Shown here in pieces: positions 12,001 to 18,796 of a stretch of 60,737 bases of DNA. Within the stretch, counting starts at the first letter, position 1. Each line of letters starts with the position of its first letter. The DNA is from an uncultured Gammaproteobacteria bacterium (GTDB lineage Bacteria; Patescibacteriota; Patescibacteriia; Magasanikbacterales; GWA2-37-8): positions 1-60,737 of the forward strand of contig CAYOXC010000004.1 in assembly GCA_964407865.1 (NCBI GenBank), read 5' to 3'. Under the pieces are notes generated by a model that worked only from the letters and a program-made list of their open reading frames with translations, was not told where the DNA came from and did no database searches. The translations under genes were made by a program, and so were the position numbers.

Positions 12001-12398
12001 AAACAGGTGACGGAACTTCAAACGCCACTTTTGACTGGATGGTGATTGCCAAGCGAAAAGGCACTGGAGCGGTTGAAAATCCTCCGGCAGAAGAACCGCC
12101 AGTAGTTGAGCCGCCAGCTGAGGAACCTCCGGCAACCGAACCTCCAGCCGAAACCCCGCCTGCAGAAGAGCCTCCTCCAGCCGCGGAGCCACCTGCTGAA
12201 GAACCGCCAGCTGAGGAACCTCCGGCAACCGAACCTCCGGCCGAAACCCCGCCTGCAGAAGAGCCTCCTCCAGCCGCGGAGCCACCTGCTGAAGAACCGC
12301 CAGCTGAGGAACCTCCGGCAACCGAACCTCCGGCCGAAACCCCGCCTGCAGAAGAGCCTCCTCCAGCAGAAGAACCGCCAGTAGAAACAACTCCGTAA
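3..12398 (+). CDS. Giant surface/fibre protein, 5'-partial (>4,127 aa): LVIVD/YVTN beta-propellers, YadA/Hep_Hag-like beta-roll repeats, Peptidase_S74-like intramolecular chaperone, Pro/Glu-rich C-tail
   Basis: Frame is open from the window edge (the TTG at 15 is not necessarily the start). Two sets of seven 43-aa 'SIYVSGRYAYVAN...SISVVDISNP' blades. Many 'NTAxGYxAL' and 'SxAFG' repeats and recurring 'GNVGIGTTTP' linkers. 'WSDERLK...IGFIAQE' starts near 11331. C-terminal PAEEPP repeats. Confidence 0.9.
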   Translation, partial: SNSKLFINNPQSGFELINTGGLPNAITNLFVIGDYVYYRFYNASISEQNFGISDISNPSSPVFISTTSPDSPDEEYTDPEAFVTDGTNLYIGNYNSVSGTSSVDVYDVSTPASPSLISRLDLGAIDFLGRFGIHGNNLYVFRAAAHIYWLDLYDVSTPSSPSLVTSTQTNYGINMISADDNYVYVGEGDFMAGEAQILDADDLSYVSHISGSDYMYGIQRLGDYLYISEYNTGIRIFDVTNPASPVEINAGSPIVSSYGGNFTRFQFDGNYAYVMTENSAKGVEAFDISSTTNWSSITFYSMSDIGRNLDIDASHNVYVDAPSKPTPIIKLNIAVGASEYAAIFTSGKVGMGTTTPKYALSVVGAIETGYGIYLQDNTPGDATNALYNNAGTLYWNGSPVATPPGGDNSTIQYNCGGSFCGSSITYLDEFKFSFGPSSVPFWWTNYSANVAGLNNYMYSGNSAIIGGQYNVVGRIDNSSNPNRGGRSVVLGGYMNIAGDNTFYSGTYADAVVAGGTYNYARGLRSFVGGGSNNMAAGESSAVVAGYNNQANALYSFTAGGFNNFVWGSNSTAFGSQMTVNGSNSFAINETGSSQSLNQSNTIALLANYTGINKTNPSYPLDVTGDVNISGAYRVNGTQIGVPAGSTGHIQYNNSGSFAGTSSLWWLDSLMSFNAGYGNTWLSSPRASYVLSTSGHLYGSVYSFIGGGINNSMYAATGSAIVAGLNNTINDGSDWSFIGGGAYNEIYPNSYQSFIGGGLQNTVGTTHSAIVGGIYNTITSSAHYSFIGGGANNTSSAIYSFIGGGRYNNVAGLYSFIAGGRYNSVAGLNSYALGYSNTTTGDYSAALGYQMQVDGDYSFGINVSTSPATISNNNTIALMGGNVGIGTTTPNYPLSVQGDVNITGGYYINGTPFVASPAGADGQIQFNDSGSFGATTTLYWDKVNGRLGVNNGSPSERIDVDGNINISAGSYYKYNGVNFAMASTTLDNYFSGASGNLTMTGASNTAVGYRALISNTTGNRNSALGVNALSSITTGADNTALGYNALMLMTQAQKNVAIGSGSLRSLTGLGGTDNVAVGYNTLSVLVGGGMNVAVGSDVLASSTGNWNTAIGYRSLFSNTTGNGNVAMGYQAGFGSGFPGPIGENEKSSVDNNSIFIGYQASRHNSISQLTPLTNAIAIGYKAKVAASSSMVLGGIGPDAIKVGIGTTAPSQALQVVGNISNIITANTPISQIASAPVGTSPNSIYVSGRYVYVANTGSDSISVVDISNPFAPAEVATTSVGTNPYSIYASGRYAYVTNVNSSDISVVDISNPFAPAEVATISVGSAPFSIYASGRYAYVANAGSDSISVVDISNPLSPIEVATASVGVYPRSIYVSGRYAYVANAGSDSISVVDISNPLSPIEVATASVGVYPISIYVSGRYAYVANVDSNTISVVDVSNPLAPAQVAVTSVGSCPVSIYVSGRYAYVANQCSNTISVVDVSNPLAPVGMKTSSVGGLTPNSIYVSGRYAYVANADSNAISVMDISGTEVTSLMAHSAEVGNFQSRNDIFAAGNIQAGTALMAGAGGIMSEGALSVFSSSTGATSSIFRVSSASVSNIISALPNGNVGIGTSSPEFKLTLDNDGGILAKGTYGSGATLQTSGAGTRMIWYPKKAAFRAGDVSGSQWDDANIGNFSTAFGTNTTASGARSTAFGSASTASGVNSAAIGTFAVASGDFSTAIGYFTTASGSSASAFGNNTVAGGDASVAFGDHTTANGQTSAAFGDYSISNGYSSMAFGSQTTASGDFSAAFGRETVASGVASIALGSLSTASGSYSMAFGRQLTVGGNFSFGINVSTTPATLSQANTIALMGGNVGIGTTTPSYPLTVQGDVNITGGYYINGTPFVASPAGADGQVQFNDSGTFGATSTLYWDKVNGRLGINNGSPSERIDVNGNINISAGSYYKYNGVNFGMASTTLDNYFTGAAGNLTMTGASNTASGYQALFSNTTGNKNIAIGYQALYSNATGSENIAIGANALRFNIANGNTAIGTNAMPVNTSGDQNTAIGWNTLFSNTTGDENTAIGFDALKSNITGRGNVATGYDALYFNTSGRYNNAYGREALLLNDTGWNNTAIGYATLVNNATGSANTAVGNYSLYSNYASSNTATGYEALYSNTYGTNNTGIGFRALRSNQTGNFNTAIGYNALYANTASYNLAIGDTALDSNTSGQYNLAIGGNSLTANVSGYSNVAVGYNALSANTASSNTAVGYEALTNNSTGIQNTANGYQALYSNSTGQGNIANGFQSLFSNTTGNINIGMGYYSLYSNATGSWNVAIGGRALYYNTGGNGNNAVGMYALYRTQGNENSAFGHHAAEYNFSGNYNSVFGSYALYQNSTGSLSTALGYQAGRYQQSGGTITSASGSIYIGANTRGYNNSYNENTIVIGTGAVSVGANSVVLGNNDILTTVLKGNVGIGTTTPSYPLTVASTSSMRDVIPESNLTYNLGSATNRWDSIWVGTTNIGTSTWSITGDTSNGRLAFFNQPDGAGNERFSIGLDGTINLGNSINIPADGFIKYNGVEIIMASTTINNYFTMGAGNLDMAGASNTAAGFEALASNIDGWRNTAYGLRALYSNDYGSWNTAVGYQALYSNTDGDQNTAVGDEALYYNTGDYNTAMGLHALYFNTSGNANTAIGTYALLNNTTGTANTGFGFNSLNYNTTGGFNTAIGNASLGFNTTGNYNVALGVGAGRYQANGSSYLQTASSSVYIGAYSRGYNNSDVNSIVIGYDAIGIGANSVVLGNDNIATTALKGNVGIGTVVPSQALQVVGNISNITTQNTRIAQITTASVGTNPLSVFVSGRYAYVVNRNSSNISVVDISNPSAPVQISTTSVGSAPLSIFVSGRYAYVVNSGPNNISVVDISNPAAPVQISTTSVGSVPNSIYVSGRYAYVTNRNSNSISVVDISNPAAPVQVATTSVGSFPYSIYVSGRYAYVANYSSNNISVVDISNPAAPAQVATASVGTGPYSIYVSGRYAYVANYSSNNISVVDISNPAAPAQVATASVGTGPYSIYVSGRYAYVANYSSNNISVVDISNPVAPAQVVTTSVGTAPNSIFVSGRYAYVTNGNSNSLSVVDISGTEVTSLMAGSAEAGNIQSRNDIFAAGSIHAGTALMVGTGGIMSQGSLSVFASSTGATSSIFKVSSAQKANILNVLPNGNVGIGTTTPEFRLTLDNDGGIIAKGTYGAGANLTTSGAGTRMIWYPKKAAFRVGSVNGTQWDDANTYEYSVAMGKNTFADYYAFVFGENSTSSGKWTAAFGLETLADGQGSFASGYGSQSLGEYSAAFGQQSIAGGHYAFAAGISANAGGYASVAMGYMPVANGNEAVAFGYQSRVDADYGFAAGYRSKALGGNSSFVLGYNATTTGSFSYALGRNIDINADYTFGINVSTTATTLSQANTIALMGGNVGIGTTDPQAALDVNGTLRFSGNAPQIITKSGDLQILPAASGFTQIGDKSSPDHITSHTNDDLYVSGRFEVKEQAWFDDTLMVYGGASVGTGHFFVSTTMKFYEEGDLWAKGVYGSGNNLEVSGAGTRMIWYPKKAAFRAGYVNSIQWNEDYIGEYSAAFGQNNYSSGTYSFAAGSGNTAGGSNATVFGTGNVASGINSFAAGSGNTASAATSLALGSSSKATGLISTAIGYFNIASGQRSFSIGSYVTTSNNYALAMGNYLDVAGYQAMALGTNMTLSGSAAYSFGINVSSTAPATLSQANTIALMGGNVGIGTVTPSTTLSVNGTAGGTSAWVNWSDERLKTNIETITSAMEKVKMLRGVEYDWINPSTDFPGRKIGFIAQEAMTVLPEVVNDMGGLYGVSYGPVVALLTEAIKEQQTQIESLMSGTTTLTVSGESGGDIIELGAGLTFDFVNKALLNVRAIASTNGDWVINEDGEFITNVDTSEGKKSMFAMQSPESEFVFSSSSQLMQGEAIVNFDLQTQEIIDSDVPIKVNITLTSGEASGVFVKSKSATGFVVKETGDGTSNATFDWMVIAKRKGTGAVENPPAEEPPVVEPPAEEPPATEPPAETPPAEEPPPAAEPPAEEPPAEEPPATEPPAETPPAEEPPPAAEPPAEEPPAEEPPATEPPAETPPAEEPPPAEEPPVETTP
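3700..4580 (+). repeat. Seven 129-bp tandem repeats (beta-propeller 1)
   Basis: Offset of 129 bp between ctccggccgctacgcc at 3995 and 4124. These two units are nearly identical at DNA level. Confidence 0.9.
8470..9335 (+). repeat. Seven 129-bp tandem repeats (beta-propeller 2)
   Basis: tctatgtctccggtcgc recurs at 8881, 9010 and 9139. The units at 8881 and 9010 are identical. Confidence 0.9.
12111..12367 (+). repeat. ~2.8 copies of a 93-bp repeat encoding the Pro/Glu/Ala-rich tail
   Basis: ccgccagctgaggaacc at 12111, 12204 and 12297. Confidence 0.9.
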
Positions 12399-12405
12399 TA
12401 AACTA

Positions 12406-12436
12406 AATAAACCCCGATATAGAATCGGGGTTTATT
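12406..12436. terminator. Intrinsic terminator-like hairpin after the giant gene
   Basis: aataaaccccgat-ataga-atcggggtttatt. Confidence 0.75.
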
Positions 12437-12437
12437 G

Positions 12438-12465
12438 TTGACAATTGCTTAAAATAAGGTATAAT
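12438..12465 (+). promoter_or_regulatory. Sigma70-type promoter for tRNA-Ala/ychF
   Basis: TTGACA-N16-TATAAT. Confidence 0.7.
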
Positions 12466-12551
12466 ATTGGTACTTTTTGTGTGTCTATACGGAGTAAACT
12501 TCAACATTTACATTTGAAGTGAGGCTAGAATAAATTACTAATTACCAATCC

Positions 12552-12625
12552 GGGCCGTTAGCTCAGCTGGCTAGAGCACTTCCATGGCATGGAAGGGGTC
12601 AAGGGTTCGAATCCCTTACGGTCCA
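12552..12625 (+). tRNA. tRNA-Ala(GGC), CCA not encoded
   Basis: Cloverleaf with G3:U70, anticodon loop atGGCat (the A32-U38 typical of Ala-GGC) and GTTCGAA T-loop. Followed by CTA. Confidence 0.95.
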
Positions 12626-12721
12626 CTATTTGATTAAATCCTAAATTCTAAGCACTAAACTCTAAACATGTTTCAAAATTGTTTAGACATAAGAAATTAG
12701 AGTTTAGGAGTTTATTTTTTT

Positions 12722-13801
12722 ATGTCATTATCTGTCGGTATTGTTGGTTTGCCCAATGTGGGAAAATCTACCTTGTTCAATGCATTAACGAGTAGCAAAC
12801 AGGCCAATGCCCAAAATTATCCGTTTTGTACCATTGATCCGAATATCGGAGTGGTTGAGGTTCCTGATGAACGGCTGAATCCGCTCTCCGAAATTTCTAA
12901 ATCTCAAAAAATCGTTCCAACTACAATTGAATTTGTTGACATTGCCGGATTGGTAGCCGGTGCTTCAAAAGGAGAGGGTTTGGGCAATAAGTTTTTATCC
13001 CATATCCGTGAAGTCGATGCCATTGTTCAAGTAGTTAGAAATTTTAACGATGATAATGTTATTCATGTTCACAATCGAGTTAGTCCAAAAGATGACGCTG
13101 AAGTTATAAATTTAGAATTAGCCTTAGCTGATTTAGCCACAGTGGAAAAGAGACTTGATACAACCAGGAAAAGTGCTAAGGGTGTGGCAGCAAAGGATTT
13201 TCAAAAAACAATTAATTTATTGGAGAAAGTTAAAACACAATTAGCCGAGGGCAGACCGGCGCGTGATTTAGAATATAATGAAGAAGAGTTGATTGAACTT
13301 AGAGAATTGTGCCTATTAACAATGAAACCAATGTTGTATGTATTAAACGTTGATGAAGTTACTGCTGCTAAATCTGAACCAATATCTTTGGGTATAAATA
13401 CTGTTCAATTAAATATTTGCGCTAAACTAGAAGCTGAATTGGCAGATTTAAACTCCGAGGAGGCAAAAGAATACTTAAAATCCGCCGGTATGAACGAAAC
13501 TGGTTTGGATAAGCTTATCCGTTCAAGTTATGACTTGCTTGGGTTAATTACATATTTTACCAGCGGTGAACCAGAAACCCGCGCATGGACAGTCAGACAG
13601 GGCACAAGCGCGCCTGATGCCGCCGGCGTAATACATACGGATTTCATTAAGGGATTTATTAAAGCCGATGTTGTCAATTGGGAAGATTTTGTAAAATATG
13701 GTGGATGGAGTAAAATAAAGGAGAGCGGAAAAATGCGTCTTGAGGGCAAAGATTATATAGTAAAAGATGGAGATGTGATATATTTTCATGTTAATACTTA
13801 A
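12722..13801 (+). CDS. ychF: Redox-regulated ATPase YchF (Obg family)
   Basis: [48 protein letters not shown] and C-terminal TGS 'YIVKDGD'. Confidence 0.97.
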   Translation: MSLSVGIVGLPNVGKSTLFNALTSSKQANAQNYPFCTIDPNIGVVEVPDERLNPLSEISKSQKIVPTTIEFVDIAGLVAGASKGEGLGNKFLSHIREVDAIVQVVRNFNDDNVIHVHNRVSPKDDAEVINLELALADLATVEKRLDTTRKSAKGVAAKDFQKTINLLEKVKTQLAEGRPARDLEYNEEELIELRELCLLTMKPMLYVLNVDEVTAAKSEPISLGINTVQLNICAKLEAELADLNSEEAKEYLKSAGMNETGLDKLIRSSYDLLGLITYFTSGEPETRAWTVRQGTSAPDAAGVIHTDFIKGFIKADVVNWEDFVKYGGWSKIKESGKMRLEGKDYIVKDGDVIYFHVNT

Positions 13802-13810
13802 TATAAATAT

Positions 13811-14995
13811 ATGAAAAAAGAAATAAGTATATTAGCAATTTTTGTTGGTCTTATTGCTGTTGCCATGGTGTTTAGCGGTTGTGGCAGAAAGGCAACACAA
13901 CCAACTTTACAAAGCGATGCATCACAGAGCCAAGAAACAATGGAACAAAAAGAAGAAGAAAAAATAGGCAAGCCATGGGTTGAAGTGGTAATGGAAGGCG
14001 CTTTTGTCGTTGTCAGTGAAGAAGAAAAATTGGTGCTTAAAACTGGCGATGAATTAAATGAAGGAGAAATAATTGAAACAGACAAGAGTGGCTTAGCCAA
14101 TGTATATTTTCCAGATGGTTCTGTCGCTCGCATGGATTCCAATACCAAAATTCAAATAACCACTGGACTGTATGACCATAATACAAAATCTTTGAAAGTT
14201 CGAATATCACTCATGGCGGGAAACATGTGGTCAAAAATAATAAAACTTGCCACGCCAGAATCCGTTTGGGAAGTGAAAACTAGCAATGCTGTGGCCGCCG
14301 TACGCGGTTCGGCTTTTGGATCTAGTTTCATTGGCAAAAAGACTACCATTATCGGATCCGAACACAATGTTTCGGTTTCACCGATTGACCCGGGTGAGGG
14401 CGATGCCATATCTCAGCAAGAAGCTCAAGTTGGCGAAAAACAAGTTATTGTAATTTCTGCAGATAAGATTGCCGGTTATTTATCCGGCAGTATGGATGTA
14501 AAAAACGATGTTAAAGAAGCAGGCGACAGCATTTATCTACCTACGTGGGTTGCCTCTTCTATTGAGGCTGACAAGTTAATAAATATTCGTTTGTCTGAAT
14601 TACAGTCCCAGGGGCTAAGCGAGGATGAATCAAGAAAAATTTACGGACAGGAAATATTAAATAAATTTAGTCCTGCGCCACGACAGTCATCAGTTATTAT
14701 TTCAACAGATGCTTTAAAAAATGAAGACAGTCAGACGTCAACGGATGAAAAACCTGCTACCCAAAAACCAGAATCAGTTGTAGAAACAGAAACAACAACA
14801 GATGGTTCAAATCAAACCGACGCAACCGGTGCGCAAACCGAAACTAATCCAGCAGAAACCGGCACGGAAAACAATGCTGGTTCCGATTCGACTTCAACAG
14901 AAAACAATACCGATGATACTTGGTCGGATATTCCAGTTGCCACTGGAACTAGTCCTAATTTAGGCAATTATTTTATTGAGGAAACAGTTTATTAA
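13811..14995 (+). CDS. FecR-domain putative lipoprotein with low-complexity T/E/S-rich C-terminus
   Basis: Signal peptide ending VFSGC. FecR-like 'IIETDKSGLANVYFPDGSVARMDSNT...VKTSNAVAAVRGS'. Confidence 0.7.
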   Translation: MKKEISILAIFVGLIAVAMVFSGCGRKATQPTLQSDASQSQETMEQKEEEKIGKPWVEVVMEGAFVVVSEEEKLVLKTGDELNEGEIIETDKSGLANVYFPDGSVARMDSNTKIQITTGLYDHNTKSLKVRISLMAGNMWSKIIKLATPESVWEVKTSNAVAAVRGSAFGSSFIGKKTTIIGSEHNVSVSPIDPGEGDAISQQEAQVGEKQVIVISADKIAGYLSGSMDVKNDVKEAGDSIYLPTWVASSIEADKLINIRLSELQSQGLSEDESRKIYGQEILNKFSPAPRQSSVIISTDALKNEDSQTSTDEKPATQKPESVVETETTTDGSNQTDATGAQTETNPAETGTENNAGSDSTSTENNTDDTWSDIPVATGTSPNLGNYFIEETVY

Positions 14996-16218
14996 GAAGA
15001 ATTTTTTTTGAATCTCCAAATTTCACGCCCGACGCGTTGGTTTGCGCGGGCATAGAGCAAAAAGTCGTATTGACGGCTTTTTGTTTTTATAAGCGGGTCG
15101 GTTACTAAACCGATTTTCTTTAATTCTTTGGTTAGGTCAATGTTAATCCACTGTCCCTTATATCTGAAACAGGGGATGACCATGATAATTGTTCCATGAG
15201 GCGATAAAATTTTTTCAAATTGTTCTAAGGTTTTCAGATATAGAGCCTTAAGTTCAGAAGAAGTTTTTTTAAGTTCGTTCAATGTTTCACGTCCATTTCT
15301 TGGAGGTCCGAGATATGGTTCGGTAATTATAGCATCAGCAGATTGCGTGTATTTTGATAATTCTGAAACATCAAGCTGCTTAATTTCAATATTGTCTGTA
15401 TTTATTGTGTAATATTTTTTTAACCATTTAAGATTATTTTTAGTGTCTTGAATCGCTTTATTTGAGACATCTGATCCGATAATTTTTTTAAAATTCATTA
15501 AAGCTGCTTCTGAAATAATTGTGCCTGAGCCACAGAAAGGATCCAGCAGGATTTTATTCGTTGGATCTGTAACAGCTAAATTAATCATAATCCTGGCAAT
15601 TTTAGGCGGCAACATACCGCTAAAATCATCGCGTGACGGTCTGCCAAAATCGCGCCTGCCCCAATCTTCAAACGGCTGTAGCGCTACTGTTTCGGCTATA
15701 AGGTATTTATTTTGATTTTGAGCAATAATTATATCCGCACCTTTTTTGATTAGATTATTATGTAAAACAGTAGCAGAAGATAAGGTGGATTCATTTTTGT
15801 AGATGTATCTAGAACTTTTTCCTTTTTCACGAAGAATTTTTTTGATACTTTTACCCCAAAATTCCACATCGCCTTTTTTGGTTTGGTCAGTACCAATATT
15901 ATAATAGTTTAAACCAAACACAACTTTACCTTCTTTTTGTTCCAAAATATTTACAATTTCCGATATTAACTCGTCTTCATTGTTTGTTTCATTTTTTTGA
16001 TAGGCAATTTTTACAGTACCGCCCAATCGATTAATTAGCTCTGTCACTAAATTACTTTCAATTTTATCAACAATAAAAAGTGGGGGATTAAAAGAATAAT
16101 CCACAGTTTTCAAGTTTAAAACCGCCGCTATTTCGGCGGCGGATAATTCAGGAAAACTTCCTGTAATAAACCAAGTTTTTTCGCCTGCCTTAGGAAGCGG
16201 CGATTTAATTTTAGTCAC
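14992..16218 (-). CDS. Trm11/TrmG10-like (UPF0020) SAM-dependent RNA methyltransferase
   Basis: 'LPPKIARIMINLA...LLDPFCGSGTIISEA' and 'DAIITEPYLG'. Confidence 0.75.
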   Translation of the reverse strand: MTKIKSPLPKAGEKTWFITGSFPELSAAEIAAVLNLKTVDYSFNPPLFIVDKIESNLVTELINRLGGTVKIAYQKNETNNEDELISEIVNILEQKEGKVVFGLNYYNIGTDQTKKGDVEFWGKSIKKILREKGKSSRYIYKNESTLSSATVLHNNLIKKGADIIIAQNQNKYLIAETVALQPFEDWGRRDFGRPSRDDFSGMLPPKIARIMINLAVTDPTNKILLDPFCGSGTIISEAALMNFKKIIGSDVSNKAIQDTKNNLKWLKKYYTINTDNIEIKQLDVSELSKYTQSADAIITEPYLGPPRNGRETLNELKKTSSELKALYLKTLEQFEKILSPHGTIIMVIPCFRYKGQWINIDLTKELKKIGLVTDPLIKTKSRQYDFLLYARANQRVGREIWRFKKNSS

Positions 16219-16221
16219 AAA

Positions 16222-16602
16222 TTATTCAACTATTTGTATAATTTCAACAGGCTTAGCATCCGATAAATCAACGTAGGCGTTGAAAAGGAATATATTTCTG
16301 ACACGTGGCGGTAGCTCTAACGGGCTTTTCTTTTTTAGAACAACCTGTTTTGCCTGCTCAAAATCCTGCTTATTTAATTCAGTTATAATTTCAATTCCTG
16401 ATTTTTCAATAATTTTTTGATTAGCCTCATTTATCAGGTCAATTGACTTATTATATATTGAGGCGCCTTGAATAATCAAGCCGATAACTAGAACAGTGAC
16501 GGCCGCAAATGACGACCAATACCAAATCAGATAATTGCGTCTGGTGTGGAAGAAAACAGAGGAGCTTTTAATTGTCTTATTGGGTGATATCGGGGTTGGC
16601 AT
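16222..16602 (-). CDS. Hypothetical bitopic membrane protein in the pilP position of the pilMNO operon
   Basis: Start taken at MPTPISP (16602). One TM segment. Overlaps the pilO end. Confidence 0.6.
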   Translation of the reverse strand: MPTPISPNKTIKSSSVFFHTRRNYLIWYWSSFAAVTVLVIGLIIQGASIYNKSIDLINEANQKIIEKSGIEIITELNKQDFEQAKQVVLKKKSPLELPPRVRNIFLFNAYVDLSDAKPVEIIQIVE

Positions 16603-17128
16603 AAAGCGATATTTGAATACGCATAATTGCATTTAGCTCATCAGGTTTACTGGTAGAAAAGCCGGAAGGTTGAAATTCAATTTTTTGAATAGCGATGATA
16701 TTTTCGTAAGCCTCAAGGTCGGCTAAATATTTTAGAAGGTTAGCATAAGGGCCAGTTAGGTTAACCGTAATATCAATACGATTATTAACATAATTGTCTA
16801 AATTCGAAGCCAGAATTTTTTGATTCATCTTATGTTTGGCCGCAATATTCTCAAGATCCGTTATTAGTCTTAATTCTTGACCCTGAGTAAAAAAGTATTG
16901 GTCATAAGATCCAATTTGTTGCCCGATTTCTTTTACAAGCGCTAAGTTATCCCTTAGGTTTTCGGTACTCATATGCCGTTTATCAAGTTTTGCTATTTCT
17001 TCGCCGATAATTAAGCTGTTATTAAAAATTTTATTGCTTGTTATGTTAGCAACCACAATTAATCCAGCTATGGCTATAAAAAGGATTCCGAAACCAAGTA
17101 GTTGTCTATATTTGGAGGTAGTCGGCAT
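16577..17128 (-). CDS. pilO: PilO-like type IV pilus alignment protein
   Basis: N-terminal TM and coiled coil, 'VNLTGPYANLLKYLADLE', position after pilN. Confidence 0.7.
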   Translation of the reverse strand: MPTTSKYRQLLGFGILFIAIAGLIVVANITSNKIFNNSLIIGEEIAKLDKRHMSTENLRDNLALVKEIGQQIGSYDQYFFTQGQELRLITDLENIAAKHKMNQKILASNLDNYVNNRIDITVNLTGPYANLLKYLADLEAYENIIAIQKIEFQPSGFSTSKPDELNAIMRIQISLYANPDITQ

Positions 17129-17129
17129 A

Positions 17130-17696
17130 TTATTCAGTAGTGCCTAAATATTCTTCTGGCGAAGGTGTTTTTGTTTTTAATTCAATAGAAAAATTTATAT
17201 TTTCTTTTTGTAACAGTTGGCTGGTTGGCAGTAGTGTATCTTCAACCCAGTTAATTTTTTTCAGAGTTTGTTCATACTCAAGTAAAGCTTCACGGCTTTC
17301 AGCAACACCAGACAGTGTCAGTCGGTTGCTTTGTTCTAGAGATAATCCTAAATTTTTCAATTGAATATTACCAGGCACAGTTGAGATAATTGTCCAAAAA
17401 CGCGGAGTTAACAGTCCAAAGTTGCTTCCCGCCTGATTAACCGTATTAATTTTTTCATTGATGCCTTCAACTTCTTGATTGTAAAAAGAATAACTTTGGC
17501 TTAACTCTTCCGATCTTTTTACAAGTAAGCTGGCTTGTTCTGATAAAACAACGTATATCAAAAGTAAAAATACATTGAAAGCCAATAAGACTATCAAGGC
17601 AGAGCGCATAATATTTTTAAACCAAGCAATCCAGGCAGTTAACTTCAGGCCTTTGCGAAAATTTTCTGGTAAGAAATTTAAATTTAACATCATCAT
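17130..17696 (-). CDS. pilN: PilN-like type IV pilus protein
   Basis: 'LNLNFLP' N-terminus, TM, 'LTLSGVAESREALLEYEQTL'. Confidence 0.75.
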   Translation of the reverse strand: MMMLNLNFLPENFRKGLKLTAWIAWFKNIMRSALIVLLAFNVFLLLIYVVLSEQASLLVKRSEELSQSYSFYNQEVEGINEKINTVNQAGSNFGLLTPRFWTIISTVPGNIQLKNLGLSLEQSNRLTLSGVAESREALLEYEQTLKKINWVEDTLLPTSQLLQKENINFSIELKTKTPSPEEYLGTTE

Positions 17697-18796
17697 ATAG
17701 TCTTGTTTCCGTCTATAGGCCAGGCGGCAGCGCGGATGGCTAGTCCAATGGCTGAAGATAACGCTAACCCGCTTTTTCTATCCTGACTAATATTTTCATT
17801 AAAAAGATTTTTCCAAGCATTGCCTGGAGCAGATTCAATTTTAATTTTATCAGTAAGAAATTTGTCTAAATTGAGCATGGATGACAGCCCTCCAGACATG
17901 GTAATGTGAGTAATGGGATTTGATTTATAAAAATGATCCCTATAAAAAAGCATAATTTGATAAATGTCCTCTACAAGTTTTTCAGACATTTCTGTCATTA
18001 GTTTTAGATATTCCGGATATTGGTCGATATAATTTAAGCCATGAGCATTTTTTAATTCATAGGCTTCTTCTTTTGTGATATTTAATTTTTGCATTATGGC
18101 CGTGTCAATTAAATCACCGGAAAAATTAATAAGCGAACTGAACTGAATACTGCCTTTGTCGTAGATTATTAAGCTAGAACGCGAACCGCCAAGATCAAGT
18201 ATTGCTCTTGCTTCTCCGTCATATGTTTTAGTGGCTGTTATCATTGCTCTGGCAATTGAGATATCTTCAATTTCTAAAGCTAGAGGCGATAACCCTAAAG
18301 ATTGTAGAAGTTCAGTGTAGGTATTAACGATTTTTTTGGGCACGGCTCCAATAAGTATGGCGGTTGAGCCTGATGTTGCAGATTTATCGACAATTTGTTG
18401 CCAATCAATATAGACATCCTTAATGTCCATGGGCAAATGTTTAGCCGCTTCAAATTTCACTGTTTCATCGCTAATTTCTGACTGGGCGACGTTAATACGT
18501 ATAAGTTTTAAAAATGTTTTAGCAACCGGCAGGTCGGCTACTACCCAAGGCGATTTAATTGCCGGCGCATCTTTGTGGCGTCCAAGTAAAAAATTTATTT
18601 TTTCTCTAACCAGCTCAATTTGCGTGATTTCTCCTTGAGTTATACAGCCAGGCGGTAGTGAGATTTGCCTGATATCATCAATTTCAAAAAATAATCCGCG
18701 TCCGGGCCACCATTTTTTTTCTAGGCGGACTAACTTAATCGACGAATCGCCGATATCTAGTCCAAAAGCATTTTGAAAAGGATTGTTTATTATCAT
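17693..18796 (-). CDS. pilM: Type IV pilus assembly protein PilM
   Basis: 'AFGLDIGDSSIKLV', 'AILDLGGSRS', 'ITMSGGLS' (actin-like fold). Confidence 0.9.
   Translation of the reverse strand: MIINNPFQNAFGLDIGDSSIKLVRLEKKWWPGRGLFFEIDDIRQISLPPGCITQGEITQIELVREKINFLLGRHKDAPAIKSPWVVADLPVAKTFLKLIRINVAQSEISDETVKFEAAKHLPMDIKDVYIDWQQIVDKSATSGSTAILIGAVPKKIVNTYTELLQSLGLSPLALEIEDISIARAMITATKTYDGEARAILDLGGSRSSLIIYDKGSIQFSSLINFSGDLIDTAIMQKLNITKEEAYELKNAHGLNYIDQYPEYLKLMTEMSEKLVEDIYQIMLFYRDHFYKSNPITHITMSGGLSSMLNLDKFLTDKIKIESAPGNAWKNLFNENISQDRKSGLALSSAIGLAIRAAAWPIDGNKTI

Noticed and set aside
11980-12390. Alternative-frame and antisense ORFs over the Pro/Glu repeat
   Set aside because: By-products of the stop-free 93-bp GC-rich repeat.
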